From Octopus sinensis (lineage: Eukaryota), in NCBI RefSeq assembly GCF_006345805.1, contig NC_042999.1, positions 18,538,001 through 18,602,000 on the forward strand: a stretch of DNA of 64,000 nt, given 5' to 3'. Of this stretch, positions 25,184 to 39,926 are shown piece by piece (position 1 is the stretch's first letter; every line of letters begins with the position of its first letter). The notes beneath the pieces are model-generated. The model ran no database searches, was not told where the DNA came from, and worked only from the letters and a program-made list of their open reading frames with translations. The position numbers were made by a program, and so were the translations under genes.

Positions 25184-25744
25184 CTTCACTGCTGTCTTCG
25201 ATGTCCTCTAAATTGCGATTATTATAATTTTTTTGTTTCGTGATTGGGGGATACCATTGTTTTGAAAGTATAAAGAGTCGTAGTCGATAAATCACCTTCG
25301 GTGAAATAGTAGTACACTCACAGCGAACTGGAGTGTATGTTTCTTGGTTGAATAAAAAAAAAATGAATTAACCTCGAAACTGAAAGAAAGGGTGAATATT
25401 AACTTAGAAAATCGGAAGAAAATGCATATGCAATCAGAATAAATGTGTTTGCGCATAAATATCTCATATATATTCCAGATATATTTGCTGTTTTGCTGAC
25501 AGGTGACATCGGGAATCAATAATTTCTTCCAAAGAACGAGTAGCATTATGTTACTAACGTACGACTCTAGGTTTCCTATCTGTTATTCAAGTACTTGCTT
25601 TGGACATCGGAATTTAATGTACTTACGATTCAACCAAATCGCCTCTTAAAACGAAAATTTAGTGCTCAGCGATTCCAGCTGGCATTCGTTTTAAATCGTG
25701 GATTTCGATGCGTATTTGTAAAGCGTATCATTTTCTTTTTATCT

Positions 25745-25934
25745 TTTTTACTCTCTTTTACTTGTTTCAGTCATTTCACTGTGGCCATGCTGGAGCATCG
25801 TCTTTAATCGAGCAAATCGACCCCAGGACTTATTCTTTGTAAGCCTTGTACTTATGTTATCGGCCTCTTTTGCCAAACCAGCACCTGTTGTCAAGCGATG
25901 TTGGAGGGACAAACACATACACAGAAGCATACAA

Positions 25935-25969
<35 letters not shown>

Positions 25970-26144
25970 CATACATATATACGACGGGCTTCTTTCAGTT
26001 TCCGTCTCCAAATCCACTCACAAGGCTATGGTTGACCCGAGGCTATTAGTAGAAGACACTTGCCCAAGTTGCCACGCAGTGGGACCGAACCGGGAAGCAT
26101 GTAGTTGGTAAGCAAGCTACTTACCACACAGCCACTCCTGCACC
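25745..26144 (-). mobile_element. SINE family B
   Basis: Near full-length match to other B copies. Confidence 0.9.
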
Positions 26145-26348
26145 TATGTCTTTACATTTTTGTAGTTTCAATGGAAATATGGCCACGTTGGGACACCACC
26201 ATGAAGAATTTAATGGGACAAGATGACCCCAGCACTTTCTTTTTTTTGTTTTGTATTATAAGTCTTGTTCTTATGACATTGCTCTCTTTTGCCGACTTAA
26301 ACAAACAATAATGTTTGAACGGCGGCGGTGGAAAACAACCGCAACGCA

Positions 26349-26965
26349 GTGGAGGCGCAATGGCTCAGTGGTTAGGGCAGTGGACTCGCGGTCGTAAGAA
26401 CGTGGTTTCGATTCACAGACCAGGCATTGTGAGTGTTTATTGAGCGAAAACACCTAGAAGCATCACGAGGCTCCGGCAGGGGGTGTTGGAAAACTCTGCT
26501 GTACTCTTTCGCCACAACTTTCTCTCACGCTTTCTTCACCTAAACTCCACGAGGCTCCTGCAGAGGGGGTGAAGCCCGCTGTACTCTTTCACCACGACTT
26601 TCTCTCACTCTTTCTTCTTACTTCTGTCACAAAGCAGAGGAACCATGGTGTAACCCACTATGGCGTGTTAAACTTTCAGACCCTATTCTAGATTGCGAAT
26701 CCTCTGTACCCCAGGGTGGTTCGGTTCTCCACCCGTTAAAAGCCACCGTTTACGGAATGAAGATAACAACGTAGCTTTCGCACTCGTACAACCGCCAGTC
26801 TATCGCGGGTGGTGGGTGGATCTTCAAGCTGCCACACGCATTCTTAGTAGCTTAGAGTAGGCTCGAATTAGAGATTATTCTTTGTGGCTAATGGTGTGAG
26901 TCCTGATTGGAAGAAGAAGAAGAAGAAGAAGAAGAAGAAGAAGAAGAAGAAGAAGAAGAAGAAGA
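26349..26965 (+). mobile_element. SINE family C variant with internal duplication and (GAA)n tail
   Basis: tRNA-like head; duplicated ccacgaggctcc...gctgtactctttc segment; ends in (GAA)n at ~26910-26963. Confidence 0.8.
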
Positions 26966-27642
26966 CCGCAAACACAAAGACACACACACATACACACAAG
27001 CATACTATCTAACATGATTATCCTCACTGTTTCTCTACAAAATTCACTCATAATTATGTGCTCGACCCGGGTCTTTAGTAGGAGACATGTTGATTACCGT
27101 GCTGAGGAGCTGACCCCCCAAACTACCTTGTTGCATATGTAAGCTTTTTAACCTCATGACAATTCCGAACACAAAACAATATCCTCCTTTTCTCCATATT
27201 CGCAAACGAAAAATAATATAATTGAACGGAACTAAAAACACTTGAAGTGCAAATGTTAAATATTTACAACAAATATATCAGAGAAAAGACGTGTTTTTCA
27301 TAGCCAGGAGCCAAAGAAATAGATTTCAACTCAAGAAACCTTCAAAATGTGCGGTTTTATAATCATGTTATAATCATCGGAAGATAAAGATCATTCACTA
27401 GAAATTTATGTTTAATATACTCAAAGAAATTACAAGATTAGTTTTAAGACTAGACTCGTGAGTAGGCGGGTTATTTCATTTGATTTGTATCAAACACACC
27501 GTTAATTTCTTCGTACTTGTATTACATACATTGAACTCACGCACACTCAGCCAGATATATTCAGGGACATTTATTTGGATATATATTAACGATAAACTCT
27601 CTTATGGTACATACTCGATTATACATTAAATCATGCTATATA

Positions 27643-27890
27643 TTCTTTTATTCTTTTACTTGTTTCAGTCATTTGACTGCGGCTATACTGGAGCACCGTC
27701 TTAAAGATTTTTAGTCGAAGAAATCAGTCCCCATGACGCAGTTATAGTAAGACTAGTACTTACTCTATCTGTTCCTAAGTTATGGGGAAGTAATCACACC
27801 ATTCAAAGACATTCACGCATAAATATATATATATATTTGTGTGTGTGTGTGTGTGTGTGTGTGTACGTGTCTGTGTGTGTATTATATAAT
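27643..27890 (-). mobile_element. SINE family B 3' fragment
   Basis: cttttacttgtttcagtcatttgactgcgg...ctagtactta. Confidence 0.75.
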
Positions 27891-28007
27891 ATTAACTGTT
27901 TTACACCTTAGAGTGTGATTCTCCTCGGGATTTACGTATTTCTACATACGATAGATATATATATATATACGTATAGAGGTAAGTATGTACATATACGTAT
28001 GTATATA

Positions 28008-28049
<42 letters not shown>

Positions 28050-28149
28050 TATATATGATTTATATTATATATATTTATAGTAATAGTATGACAACAAAAG
28101 AATGAATGAGGCCTTAATATTATGTAAATAGAGGAATTTATCTGTAATA

Positions 28150-28263
28150 TAATATGTGACAATTATTCGGTTGTCATAACAAAACTCCGAGTTTCGAATG
28201 TCGGGGCAAAAATCTGCTCCGGCATCTCGTCAGTCATTAAGGTTTGTCTTACGGTTTGTCTTC
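28150..28263 (-). ncRNA. Short element with hammerhead-like motif
   Basis: Reverse complement: CTGACGA-gatgccgg...ccgacattc-GAAACTCGGAGTTT; adjacent to (TA)n. Confidence 0.55.
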
Positions 28264-28270
28264 ATATATA

Positions 28271-28602
<332 letters not shown>

Positions 28603-28609
28603 TATATAT

Positions 28610-28782
28610 ATATATATATATATACGATGGGATTCTTTCAGTTTCCGCCTACCGAATCCATTCACAAGGCTTTGGTCGGTCCGAAACTATAATAGAAATC
28701 ACCGGCCCAAGTTTCAACGCAGCGGGACTGAATCCGGAATCATGTGGGTAGCAAGAAGGCATCTTCCCACACACCCACGCCT
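28610..28782 (-). mobile_element. SINE family B 5' half
   Basis: Similarity to other B copies. Confidence 0.75.
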
Positions 28783-29874
28783 GTAAGTAATCGAAAATTT
28801 TATTAACTACTGCAGAATTAGGCCAAAGACAACTATAATAGACACGTGTATAAATAATAGACACGTGTATCCCTAAGAATCTTCACTTCAATGCGAAGGA
28901 AGCTCAAGCATGTAATAAAGATAAATGAAACGATACTGGAATTGGTAATCCGTATAATACGTGTTTGTGTCTTTCTGGTGCGGTGGGGGTTACAGGTGGA
29001 CTCATATTTCAGTGACATTGGTGCCAAAATTGTACCACGTTCAAATAATCAGTCAACAATACACTTTAAAAATATTCTAAAACAGATTTCTATTTTCCTT
29101 CATCTCCATTCAACAAGACAATATAAAAAAAAAATATAAAATAAAATAAAATAAAAAAGCAACTGGTTATATTGTCTACTGCTTCAGTTTAGTAGCGGCC
29201 ACAACAGAAAGAAAAACAGCGATAACCCCTACTTAAGATTGACCTCATTGACCTTAAGTTACTTTATCCATTTACTAGGGATGCTAATGTTTTCTTCTTT
29301 TCAATCAGCACCTTTATCACTATGGAAACCAAATATTATATAGCCACCACCACCACCAACATCATCAGCAGCTGCAGCAGCAGTATCTCCTGTTTGTCGT
29401 TGTCTTCTTCTTATTCTTCTTCGTCTTCTTCTTCTTCGTCTTCTTCTTCTTCTTCTTCTTCTTTACTACTGCTACCTCTAACACCACTACTACGACTACT
29501 GCCATTGCTGCTGGTGCTAGCAAAACTATCAACTTTTCTCGAAAGAGCAATCGGTACTTTTTTCTTTTCCCTTCAACAACTGAATAACTTGATAGAACTA
29601 ATATCAAACCAACCAACAGAATTTCACTAACTCATAATATATAACACACACACAACAGCACCAGTTACCAACAGTATTTTGCCCACAAATTTGCCCACAA
29701 AACAGCTACCTCTTCCCTTGTCTCCCCGGCACTGAACGCATAATGTAGGAACACTACGCAAGACAATAGAAATCCCCAAATTGGTTATCTTTTCATATCC
29801 TAAACTAAAGAATTCAGTTCTGCCAAATACGCATTCGATTTTGAATAGCACTTTATTACACCTGTACGAGAATG

Positions 29875-30274
29875 TTTAAGTAGTTTGCTTACGAACCTTA
29901 TGGTTCCGGGTTCAGCCCCACTGCGTGGCACTTTCAGCAGGTGTGTCGTACTATAGCCTCGGGCCTACCAAAGCGTTGTGACTGGACGTGGTAGACAGAA
30001 ATTGAAAGAAGCCCGTTGTATATATGTATATGTGTATATGAATGTGTGTGTATATATTTGTGTGTCTGTGTTTGTCCTGTTCCCCCCAACATCACTTGAC
30101 AACCGATGCTGGTTTGTTTATGGCCCCGTAACTTAGCGGTTCGACAAAAGAGACCGATAGAATAAGTACTAGGCTTACAAAGAATAAGTCCTGGGGGCGA
30201 TTTTCTCGACTAAAGGCGGTGCTCCAGCATGGCCACAGTCAACTGACTGAAACAAGTAAAAGAGTAAAAGAGTA
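29875..30274 (+). mobile_element. SINE family B
   Basis: gggttcagccccactgcgtggcac...gactgaaacaagtaaaagagtaaaagagta. Confidence 0.9.
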
Positions 30275-30867
30275 ACCTACAATTATGAATATTGTCACTA
30301 CGACCTAAAACAAAAATTCTAAAGATCAGCCGTTCTATAAAAAGAACTTCCCTATGAAATGGTTGTTACTAATTGATGCACTGCGATGCTGCATATAGAA
30401 AATTGTTCAGGGGTTACTTAAATAAGAATTCCTGAGGGGTCAATGATGGTCTCCTCTCCACTTAAAATTATGCGACATTCCATATGAAAACTTTCTTACT
30501 ATGTGATGCACCGCATTTTATTCCACAAAATATAGTAAACAAGGTCGTACATGGAACCTTTTGCATCTTTTTAACCTATATTAACCCACTGTCTTTGGTT
30601 GAAGACAGTTTTATGTGGTTTATTTACTGCAATAAAGGTTAACTGGATGCTTCCGTTTATTTATCCCTATTTATATAAAATACCAAATACACAATTATAT
30701 CTTGAGATCGCTGGTAATAACAATACTCAAAATATAAAACAGACTAGAGATGTAATGCTCCAAATGAGCTATATTCCACTTATTAATCTGAGCGGAGGTA
30801 ATGTGAGCAGTAACTAAAGGAACATAACTAAAATCCACAGAAAGATTAAACACATACATATATTCAT

Positions 30868-31350
<483 letters not shown>

Positions 31351-32123
31351 TATTTGGTATTTTATATAAATGGGGATAAACATACCGATAAATAATTTTC
31401 CATATGCAGTATCGCAGTGCAGCAATTTTATATTCATTTATTTATATCTACAGAACAGATATAAAGTCCGACGTTTAAAAATATAATAATATATAAATAA
31501 ATAAACATCATATATAATATATAAATATATAAGAATCAGTGTTACATACAAAACACATTGAATTTACGCTTAAAATCATAAAACATTTGGTAAATTATAT
31601 GTTACAGTAAAAATTTGGGATAATAAAACATATAATAACATATTAAAATGACGTATTAAAATTCCAGAAAAAATACAGAAAAATTAATATGAAACATTTC
31701 ATATATTCGAAACTGACACTCTCCTCATATATATATTAGCAAAATTTCGACAGGATTAACCCGGATTAACGTGGGTTATGTTTGGTACAACTATAGCTTA
31801 AAGTCCCATTTAACGGAACTCTTGCAATATGAAGCAATTACACATGCTTATATTTTGAAACGTTTCCCTAATAGAATTCACTCATAGATTATTTTTTAGA
31901 AGTACAATATTATGTTTTTCATGTTAACTTGTTATGAAATAGGCTTGATTCTCTCTATGAAAGATAGGAACACGTGTTGGACCGTGAATGAAGTTTTAAC
32001 ATGAGATCAAATTGCAGACTGAAGTAGCGCGTTTGACAAAATATTTAGCTGCATTTTTTCCAGCGCTTTACTTGCTAATGTGGAATATCATCGAGGACCA
32101 CTTTTCGATTTCACTCTTTCAAA

Positions 32124-32725
32124 GGCGGCGAGCTGCTAGAATCGTTAGGACGCTGGCGAAATGCTTAGCGGTATTTCGTCTACCGCTACGTTCTGAGTTC
32201 AAATTCCGCCGAGATCGACTTTACCTTTCATCCTTTCAGGGTCGATTAAATAAGTACCAGTTATGCACTGGGGCTGAGATAATCGGCTTAATCTGTTTTT
32301 TTTTTGTCCTTGTTTGTCCCTTCTGTATGTAGCCTCTTGTGGGCAGTAAAGAAATAGGTATTTCGTCTGCAGCTACGTTCTGAGTTCAAATTCCGCCGAG
32401 GTCGACTTTGCCTTTCATCCTTTCGGGGTTGAATAAATAAGTACCAGTTAAGCACAGGGGACGATATAATCGACTTAATCTGTTTGTCTGTCATTGTTTG
32501 TCCTCTCTGTGTTTAGCCCCTTGTGGGCAGTAAACAAATAGGTATTTTGTCAGCCGCTACGTTCTGAGTTCAAATTCCGCCGAGGTCGATTATGTCTTTC
32601 ATCCTTTTGGGGTCGATTAAATAATACCAGTTACGCACTGGGGTCGATAAAATCGACTTAATATGTCTGTCTGTCCTTGTTTGTCCTCTCTGTGTTTAGC
32701 CCCTTCTGGGTAGTAAAGAAATAGG
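32124..32725 (+). mobile_element. SINE family A trimer
   Basis: One head then three ~185 bp core units joined at aaataggtattt. Confidence 0.9.
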
Positions 32726-33148
32726 TTTTCACACCCTCAAGGTTCCTAAAATAAAGTATCAGTCACGTGCTAGGTTCTTTATAAACCACCAGCTGTCTCC
32801 CACTAATATGTATGTCATCGTGACTAAATCCAGGCCGATATCAGTATCCTTTCTGTAAGCGTTGTAGCAATTGTTATCATTTTAAGGTTTGACTTGCACC
32901 GATCTTTTGGTATCTCATTTCCTGATGTCTACGGACCACTTGAGACCAGCTTCGTCCTTCATCTATTATAGCTCCATAAAACAAAACACGAAACAAACAT
33001 CACGAGGGAAAGTATCGACCAGCCCGCTCTTCTCAAATTTTTTGGCCTTTTGCCTAATTTCCAAACACATAAGTTACGCTATAATAATTATTAAAAGTAT
33101 ATTATTAGTATTCTGTTATATATATATATATATATATTATGAACAAAA

Positions 33149-33187
<39 letters not shown>

Positions 33188-33519
33188 TAGTAATTCTGCT
33201 AGTTGTGGTGGCGGCGGTGGTAGTGATGATGGTGGGCTGCGATATTTCGGCGCATCAAATAAGTTATCGCACATGATACAATCAAGAGCTCAATTATAAT
33301 AAAAAATAAATCTTTTTTTCTTTTTTCATCTCCACATCGATAACATTATGTACCATAATAATTTCAATAAAACACAATTACTGTCTTTTCTTTAGAATAT
33401 GTGTAAACCGTAACACGAAATAATACTTTAGAAGAAAGTAATTATTTTATTATTATATGGGTGTAGGTATTTTGGTGCGCATCTACGCTTGTACGTTCCT
33501 GAGTTTGTGTTTGTGTGCG

Positions 33520-33541
33520 TGTGTGTATATATTCATGTATG

Positions 33542-33585
<44 letters not shown>

Positions 33586-33661
33586 GTATGAATGTATATG
33601 TATGTATATGTATATATATGTATATATATATGTATGTGTGTGTGTCTATTATATATATATG

Positions 33662-33703
<42 letters not shown>

Positions 33704-33883
33704 TATTATATATATATGTATATATATATACATATATATATATAATATATATATATGAATGCATATATGTATATATAAATATGTATGTATATATATATAT
33801 ATATATGTGTGTATATATGTGCATATCTTTATATATATATGTAAACATATGTATATATATACGTGTGTATATATATATGTATG

Positions 33884-33929
<46 letters not shown>

Positions 33930-33963
33930 CACACATACACACACACACATATATATATATATT
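33520..33963. repeat. (TA)n/(TG)n microsatellite
   Basis: Direct reading. Confidence 0.95.
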
Positions 33964-34290
33964 TCAAATGAATAATGGAGATGACGGTAAAAGGAGACAT
34001 ATATGCAGAGAGTGAGGGGGAGACGGAGGGTAGAAGAGAGGGCAACATTAAACAATTAGACAGTTCCTTTGATTTCGCTTTAGAATATTATGAAAGATCA
34101 ATGGCGCGAAGCTTTCATTTGTTTACCGTACTTATTATGTAGGGAAGAGTTTTATGTAATTCTCGTGATTATAGTTTCAATACTATTAATTAAGGCAACG
34201 TAGCATCAAAAACGTGCATACAAGCACACATCTCTATACGTACACACACACACATATACACACTCGTCACGCACACCACACGCGTGTATG

Positions 34291-34333
<43 letters not shown>

Positions 34334-34488
34334 GAGTGTGTGTGTGTGTTTATTTATGTTTTTATATATAAATATATATCCATATATATGTTAATACGAA
34401 TGCATGAATATATATATATATATATATATGTGTGTATTTACATATTATATTTATATGTGTGTGCATATATATTGATACAAATGCATGA

Positions 34489-34524
<36 letters not shown>

Positions 34525-34844
34525 ATATTTATACATATGTAAGTGTATTATGTAGTATATATATATATTGTTTGTCTCTCTCTCTCTCTCATTTACTTTC
34601 TCTCTTTCTCTCTATTCATCTTTCTCTCTACTCACTTTCTCTCTATTCATCTTCTCTTTCCTCTGATCCTTTGGTCTAGTCTTCCACTACCCTCCTATTT
34701 CTTTGTCTCGCTCTGCACTCACAGGTCATTCTTCGACACCCATCCCTTCTCCTCTCTGATTCCTTCTTTCTCTCTCTTCTCTCTCTTTGTTGCGTTTTGT
34801 CCCCCTTTTCTCTCTCTCTCTTTCTTTTCTTTTCCCTCTTCTCT

Positions 34845-35310
34845 GTCACGTGACTGTTGGCCGAAATCTGCCTTTCAGCTCCTGACCCTCGTCGTGTTAA
34901 CATCGTTGTTCTTCGTCCGCCGCTATAAAGGCTTTTTCCAATGCGCCAGAGAAAAAATTTGTTTGCTTGTTATCAGTCGTAAGACACTTGTTGTTTTCAC
35001 CGTTAATGCTTCTGTATTTCATGTTTCTGTATTCCATTATTGTTTTTTGTTTTTTTTATATCTGTCCCTTTTGCTGTCCTGGTGTTCGTATGCATTCGAT
35101 CCTTCTTCCAGGAAATCTACGCTTCCAGCTTAGTTTTTCTTGGAGGGCTGGCCGTGATCTAGTAATCTCAAGATTAATCAGCCGAAATTACTACGATGAT
35201 CCGGTTCTTGACTGAAGACTGAGGGGTTCGAATGTCCTGTCCATGTTTATTGTATCGTCTTCTATCTGTTATACGTTCTTGTCCATGTTGTATTTTTCTA
35301 CATACCTTAA
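34845..35310 (+). mobile_element. Probable Penelope-like 3' terminal fragment
   Basis: ggctg...cagcc-GAAA stem and CTGAAGA motif at 35148-35240; ends at (TA)n. Confidence 0.4.
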
Positions 35311-35332
35311 TATATATATATATATATATAAT

Positions 35333-35541
35333 GTTAATCCAAACAAGAAAGCACAAAAAACACAACAAAGCGAGGACGTGGAACAAATATAGTATTATTG
35401 GACGCTCAGGAAAGAAGGAAAGAAAGAGGGTTTAACGTTTCGAGTGTAGCTCTTCGTCGGAAACATAGGAGAAGGAAAGATCCAGAGAAGGGAAGACAGA
35501 GGGAAAAAAATCACCAACGGAACACACACGGTCACATTTTG
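35333..35541 (-). mobile_element. Family H1 element
   Basis: Inverse match to 335-552; core CCGACGAA (U4 mutated). Confidence 0.75.
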
Positions 35542-35575
<34 letters not shown>

Positions 35576-36224
35576 ATTATAGACAGATAGATAAATAGAT
35601 AGATAGATATACATATATGCATACATAGATACATATATACATATGTCATTTACAATATCATGTTCAGTTTTATGAATCTATATATAATTACCCGTATTCT
35701 TTTTTTGTTGTAATATGCGTCTACACCGACCTGGATGTCTGACACAAACATCGGAATATTTCTATATTTCTATACGTTGATTTTGACATTGGAATACATA
35801 CAAATAAATTATATATTGTTTGTTTTCATATTTTCAACGACTCGCTGTATTCAATATTTGTACTGACACAATAAACAAATAATTCAGTTGTTTCCGTTGT
35901 CTTTCGTAAATTGGATTATTTTTTTTTATCTCTTATCTGTCGTTGGATTGCGTTTTGTCTGAAGTACCAAACATCGTACGCTAATGCTTTCTGTTTTTCA
36001 TCTGCTGCTTATTCTATCAGTTTTCCATTTTTTTTTTACTGTCACACTAATTTACGGAAACGAAAAGAAACGAACACCGAACGTGAAACGGCGTACGTGC
36101 AAAATCTCAACATAAAAACGTGTGTGTGTGTGTGTGCGTGTTGGTGTCTGTGTGTGTTTATGTGTATGTAAATATATATATATATTTATTTGAGTGATTA
36201 AATATATATATCCTTTTTTTTTTT

Positions 36225-36990
36225 ATTCGGTACAATTTGTTTATTTTGGTAGTTTTGGCTTTAAAAGTCCCTCCTAGCGTGCGGCATCTGTGTGTAATGG
36301 TGCCCTCTATATAATATAAATAAATATTTTCAAGTTGGAAAAAATTTTCACGCTATCTACTTGATAATTTCTTATGAAGATTTTGTCCTGTTTTTAAATT
36401 TATATTTTTCACCGGAACAGTTCAATACTGAATTTCTGTTCCGAGTAAGCACGTTGTTACCGAAATGCAATTCGAAAAGTCCGCCATTTACATAGATATG
36501 TAGGGATGTACATTCCTATATGCTGCGATGAGTGTTTATTGACCGAAAACAACTAAAGTTCCACTAGGCTCCGGCAGGGGATGGTGGTGATCCCTGCTGT
36601 ACTCTTTCACCACAACTTTCTCTCACTCTTACTTCCTGTTTCTGTTGTACCTGTATTTCAAAGGACCGGCCTTGTCACTCTCTGTGTCACGCTGAATATC
36701 CCCGAGAACTACATTAAGGGTACACGTGTCTGTGGAGTGCTCAGCCACTTACACGTTAATTTCACGAGCAGGCTGTTCCGTTGATCGGATCAACCAGAAC
36801 CCTCGTCGTCGTAACCGACGGAGTGCTTCCATCCATCTTAAGATGAACACTGCGATGTAACTAAATTCTGTTTTTGGATGGCTCGCTTCGAAGATTGCAT
36901 TCGGTACAATTTGTTTATTTTGGTAGTTTTGGCTTTAAAAGTCCCTCCTAGCGTGCGGCATCTGTGTGTAATGGTGCCCTGTATATAATA
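36225..36990 (+). repeat. ~90 bp near-identical direct repeats (36225-36315, 36900-36990)
   Basis: attcggtacaatttgtttattttggtag...gtgtgtaatggtgccct twice. Confidence 0.85.
36528..36830 (+). mobile_element. SINE family C, 5'-truncated
   Basis: gagtgtttattga...ctccggcagggg...cgtaaccgacggagtgc. Confidence 0.9.
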
Positions 36991-36996
36991 TAATAT

Positions 36997-37028
<32 letters not shown>

Positions 37029-37073
37029 AATATATATATAAATTATATATATATAAAAATATATATATAAATA

Positions 37074-37460
37074 CTAGCAGTATCGCCCGGCGTTGCTCGG
37101 GTTTGTAAGGGAAATAACTATATAAGCATTTTTAGAGAGTTATAGCAAAAAAATGCATTAAAAATGGAATAAAAAATGATGGTAACTATTTTTTTAAATC
37201 GTTGACTCATCGTAGACATTTTTAGAGAGTTACTTCCCTTATATAATAGCGAAAAAATGCATTAAAATGGAAAAAATGATGGTAATTTTTTTTTTAAATC
37301 GTAGACTCATCGTAGACGCGCGCTAATACCCAGAAGGGCTTGATATGAATCACGACTATAAGATACCTGGTTTGGGTTAACCTGCACCGCAAAATGTGAG
37401 AGTAGTTAGGAATCTAAATCGTAGGAGACAGACGCACAACTTCACTTTTATATATAAAGA
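37074..37460 (-). mobile_element. Non-autonomous Helitron
   Basis: Reverse complement starts TCtttatatataaaagtgaagttg and ends with hairpin cccgagcaacgccggg then CTAG; inserted between A and T. Confidence 0.85.
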
Positions 37461-37477
37461 TATATATAAATATATAT

Positions 37478-37545
<68 letters not shown>

Positions 37546-37619
37546 TAGATTAAATCTTTGAGCGTGATATAAACTGTTGCAATACGGAATCGTAACATAT
37601 AATCGCCAACCAAGCGTGA

Positions 37620-38270
37620 CCTCTGAAATCTGGCTACCGGAACACATTCTTTGTCCGATTAGTATTTGCGAGAGGATGTCACCGCTCTCATCTCTAGTTT
37701 TGCGTGATATACACGGACTAGAGCTTCTGGGTGGTTACCCGTCTTCGGTGTGTGTAAATCACCAGCTGGTGAGGAAAACTCACCCAGCTCGCACAATACT
37801 ATATGCTTCTTCCAGTGACGAACCTTTGCTAATCTCGGAAAAGGAGAAATAAGCTATATCAAATCTCTGAGCGAGATCTGGTTCTTGATGAACGCCTGCC
37901 CCCCCCCATCCCCCCAACCAAGTGCATCTGTGCCTGGAACTGGGCCACATTAAAACAAATTGTCCCCAGGAACAGAGTAGGGTCCTGGAACAGATGGTTG
38001 TGGAAGACCCCCCCTCCTGCTCCGGAGGGAGAGATAGAGACAGTCGAGGAAGTAGAGACCTCCCAGGAAAAAAGGGGAAAAAAAGGTGTGTAGCAATGGT
38101 GGCTCACCGAAGGACCCTAAAGCTGCGGGAGGGAGCGGTGATCCTCCGATTAAAACGAAGGAATCACCCCCTCCTGTATCAAAGACAGAAATAAAGAAGA
38201 AAAAGGATGGGACGGTGCCGGTTGTTTGCAGTACACAGCCGGCATGTCCCGAAACCTCGTGGGTGGGAAT
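37620..38270 (+). pseudogene. Gag-like/ORF1 remnant with CCHC zinc knuckle (L1/Tx1-like)
   Basis: C(frameshift)HLCLELGHIKTNCP = CX2CX4HX4C at ~37922-37967; GC-rich with low-complexity K/P/S tail. Confidence 0.55.
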
Positions 38271-38349
38271 TGTGTCAATTTCTTCGACTAACAACTTTAA
38301 GGCGGTGCTCCAGCATGGCCGCTAAAGCAAGTAAAAGAATAAAAGAACA

Positions 38350-38392
<43 letters not shown>

Positions 38393-38974
38393 GTCATTTC
38401 AGTTTCGTTTTCTCTTATCGGTAAGCTTAACTATAAGTTTATCTATAAGCAGGTTTACCTACATTAAACTGATGCGTAAAGATATTTCTGTCATAGCCAG
38501 GTTCATTTTAGGAAGACTGTGCTTCCGTAACGAGTCTATATAAGGCTTAATGTATTCTCAACGAGTATTCTGATTGTTATATGTAAGGGGTGTTGCGAGC
38601 ACCTAAAAGTGAGCCTGTTGTTTCATATAGAAAGTATCTTTTCTAAATGAAAGCTTTTAAACATTTGTCAAACTCCGTTTATTATATTGGATGGCGAATG
38701 TCGACAGTGCACTCTTTCAACATACGATTTGGAGATCAGATGTTATGAAGCAATGGAAGATATTTGTGTATCAAACAGTGTAAGTACTCTGAAATCTTAG
38801 AAATTCAGTTCTGATTCAAGGTAAGCATAAATAAATAAATAAATAAATAAATAAATGCAAGACTAATGAAGAGAAAACTGTTATTTCTCATTCCCAAAAT
38901 ATCAGGGATTATTTTTACACTTATATAAAAGGATCGCCACAATGTCTCATATTTCATTATACACAACGGAGAAA

Positions 38975-39170
38975 AGCGGTGAGCTAGCTGAATGGTTAGC
39001 ACGCCAGATGAAATATTTAAGGGCATTTCGTAAGTGTTCAGATTACGCCGAGGTTGAATGCCTTTATACTTTCAACGGTAATAGAATAAGTGCCAGTTGA
39101 GCAGTGGCTTCGATGTAATTGGCTAGCCAATTCCCCAAAATATTTCAGGCATTTTGCCTATAAGCAGAAA
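38975..39170 (+). mobile_element. Old family A SINE
   Basis: gcggtgagctagctgaatggttagcacgccag...gccgaggttga. Confidence 0.65.
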
Positions 39171-39330
39171 CGAATAAACACAATACAGTAGGCAACACTT
39201 TAATGATAGGTACTATGCATGTTTATATTGTATTATGCTGTACTTTACGTCCGCTAAAGAGTGCAATTTGTATACATCATCTCCTATGAAATTATAAGTG
39301 GTGCATATGAACTAAACAAAACCTGTATAT

Positions 39331-39737
39331 ACTCTTTTACTCGTTTCAGTCATTTGACTATGGCCATGCGGGATCATCGCCTTTAGTCGAGCAAATCGAC
39401 CCCGGGTCTTATTCTTTGCGAGCCTAGTATTTATTCTATCGGTTTCTTTTGCCGAACTGCTAAGTTACAGGGACGTAAACACACCAGCATCGGTGTCAAG
39501 CGATATTGGGGGACAAACACAGATACACAACATATACACACACATAAATATATATATATATATATATACATATATACGATGGGCTTGTTTCAGTTTCCGT
39601 CTACCAAATCCACTCACAAGGCTTTGTTTGGCCCGAGGCTACAGTAGAAGACACTTCCCCAAGGTGCCACGCAGTGGGACTGAACCTGGAACCCTGTGGC
39701 TGGTAAACAAGCTATTTACCACAAAGCCACTCCTACA
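39331..39737 (-). mobile_element. SINE family B
   Basis: Full-length match. Confidence 0.9.
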
Positions 39738-39893
39738 GCTATATAGGATTAAGCTAGAAACGTACATGGATGCACGCCGTCCTAAATTCACACAACCATA
39801 TGCATTCAGATATGCACTAATTCACCCCATTTACCAGTCGCGCTTTCTCTCTCAGTATTTCTTATTCCTTACATATATGTATAAACTCCTTAC

Positions 39894-39926
<33 letters not shown>

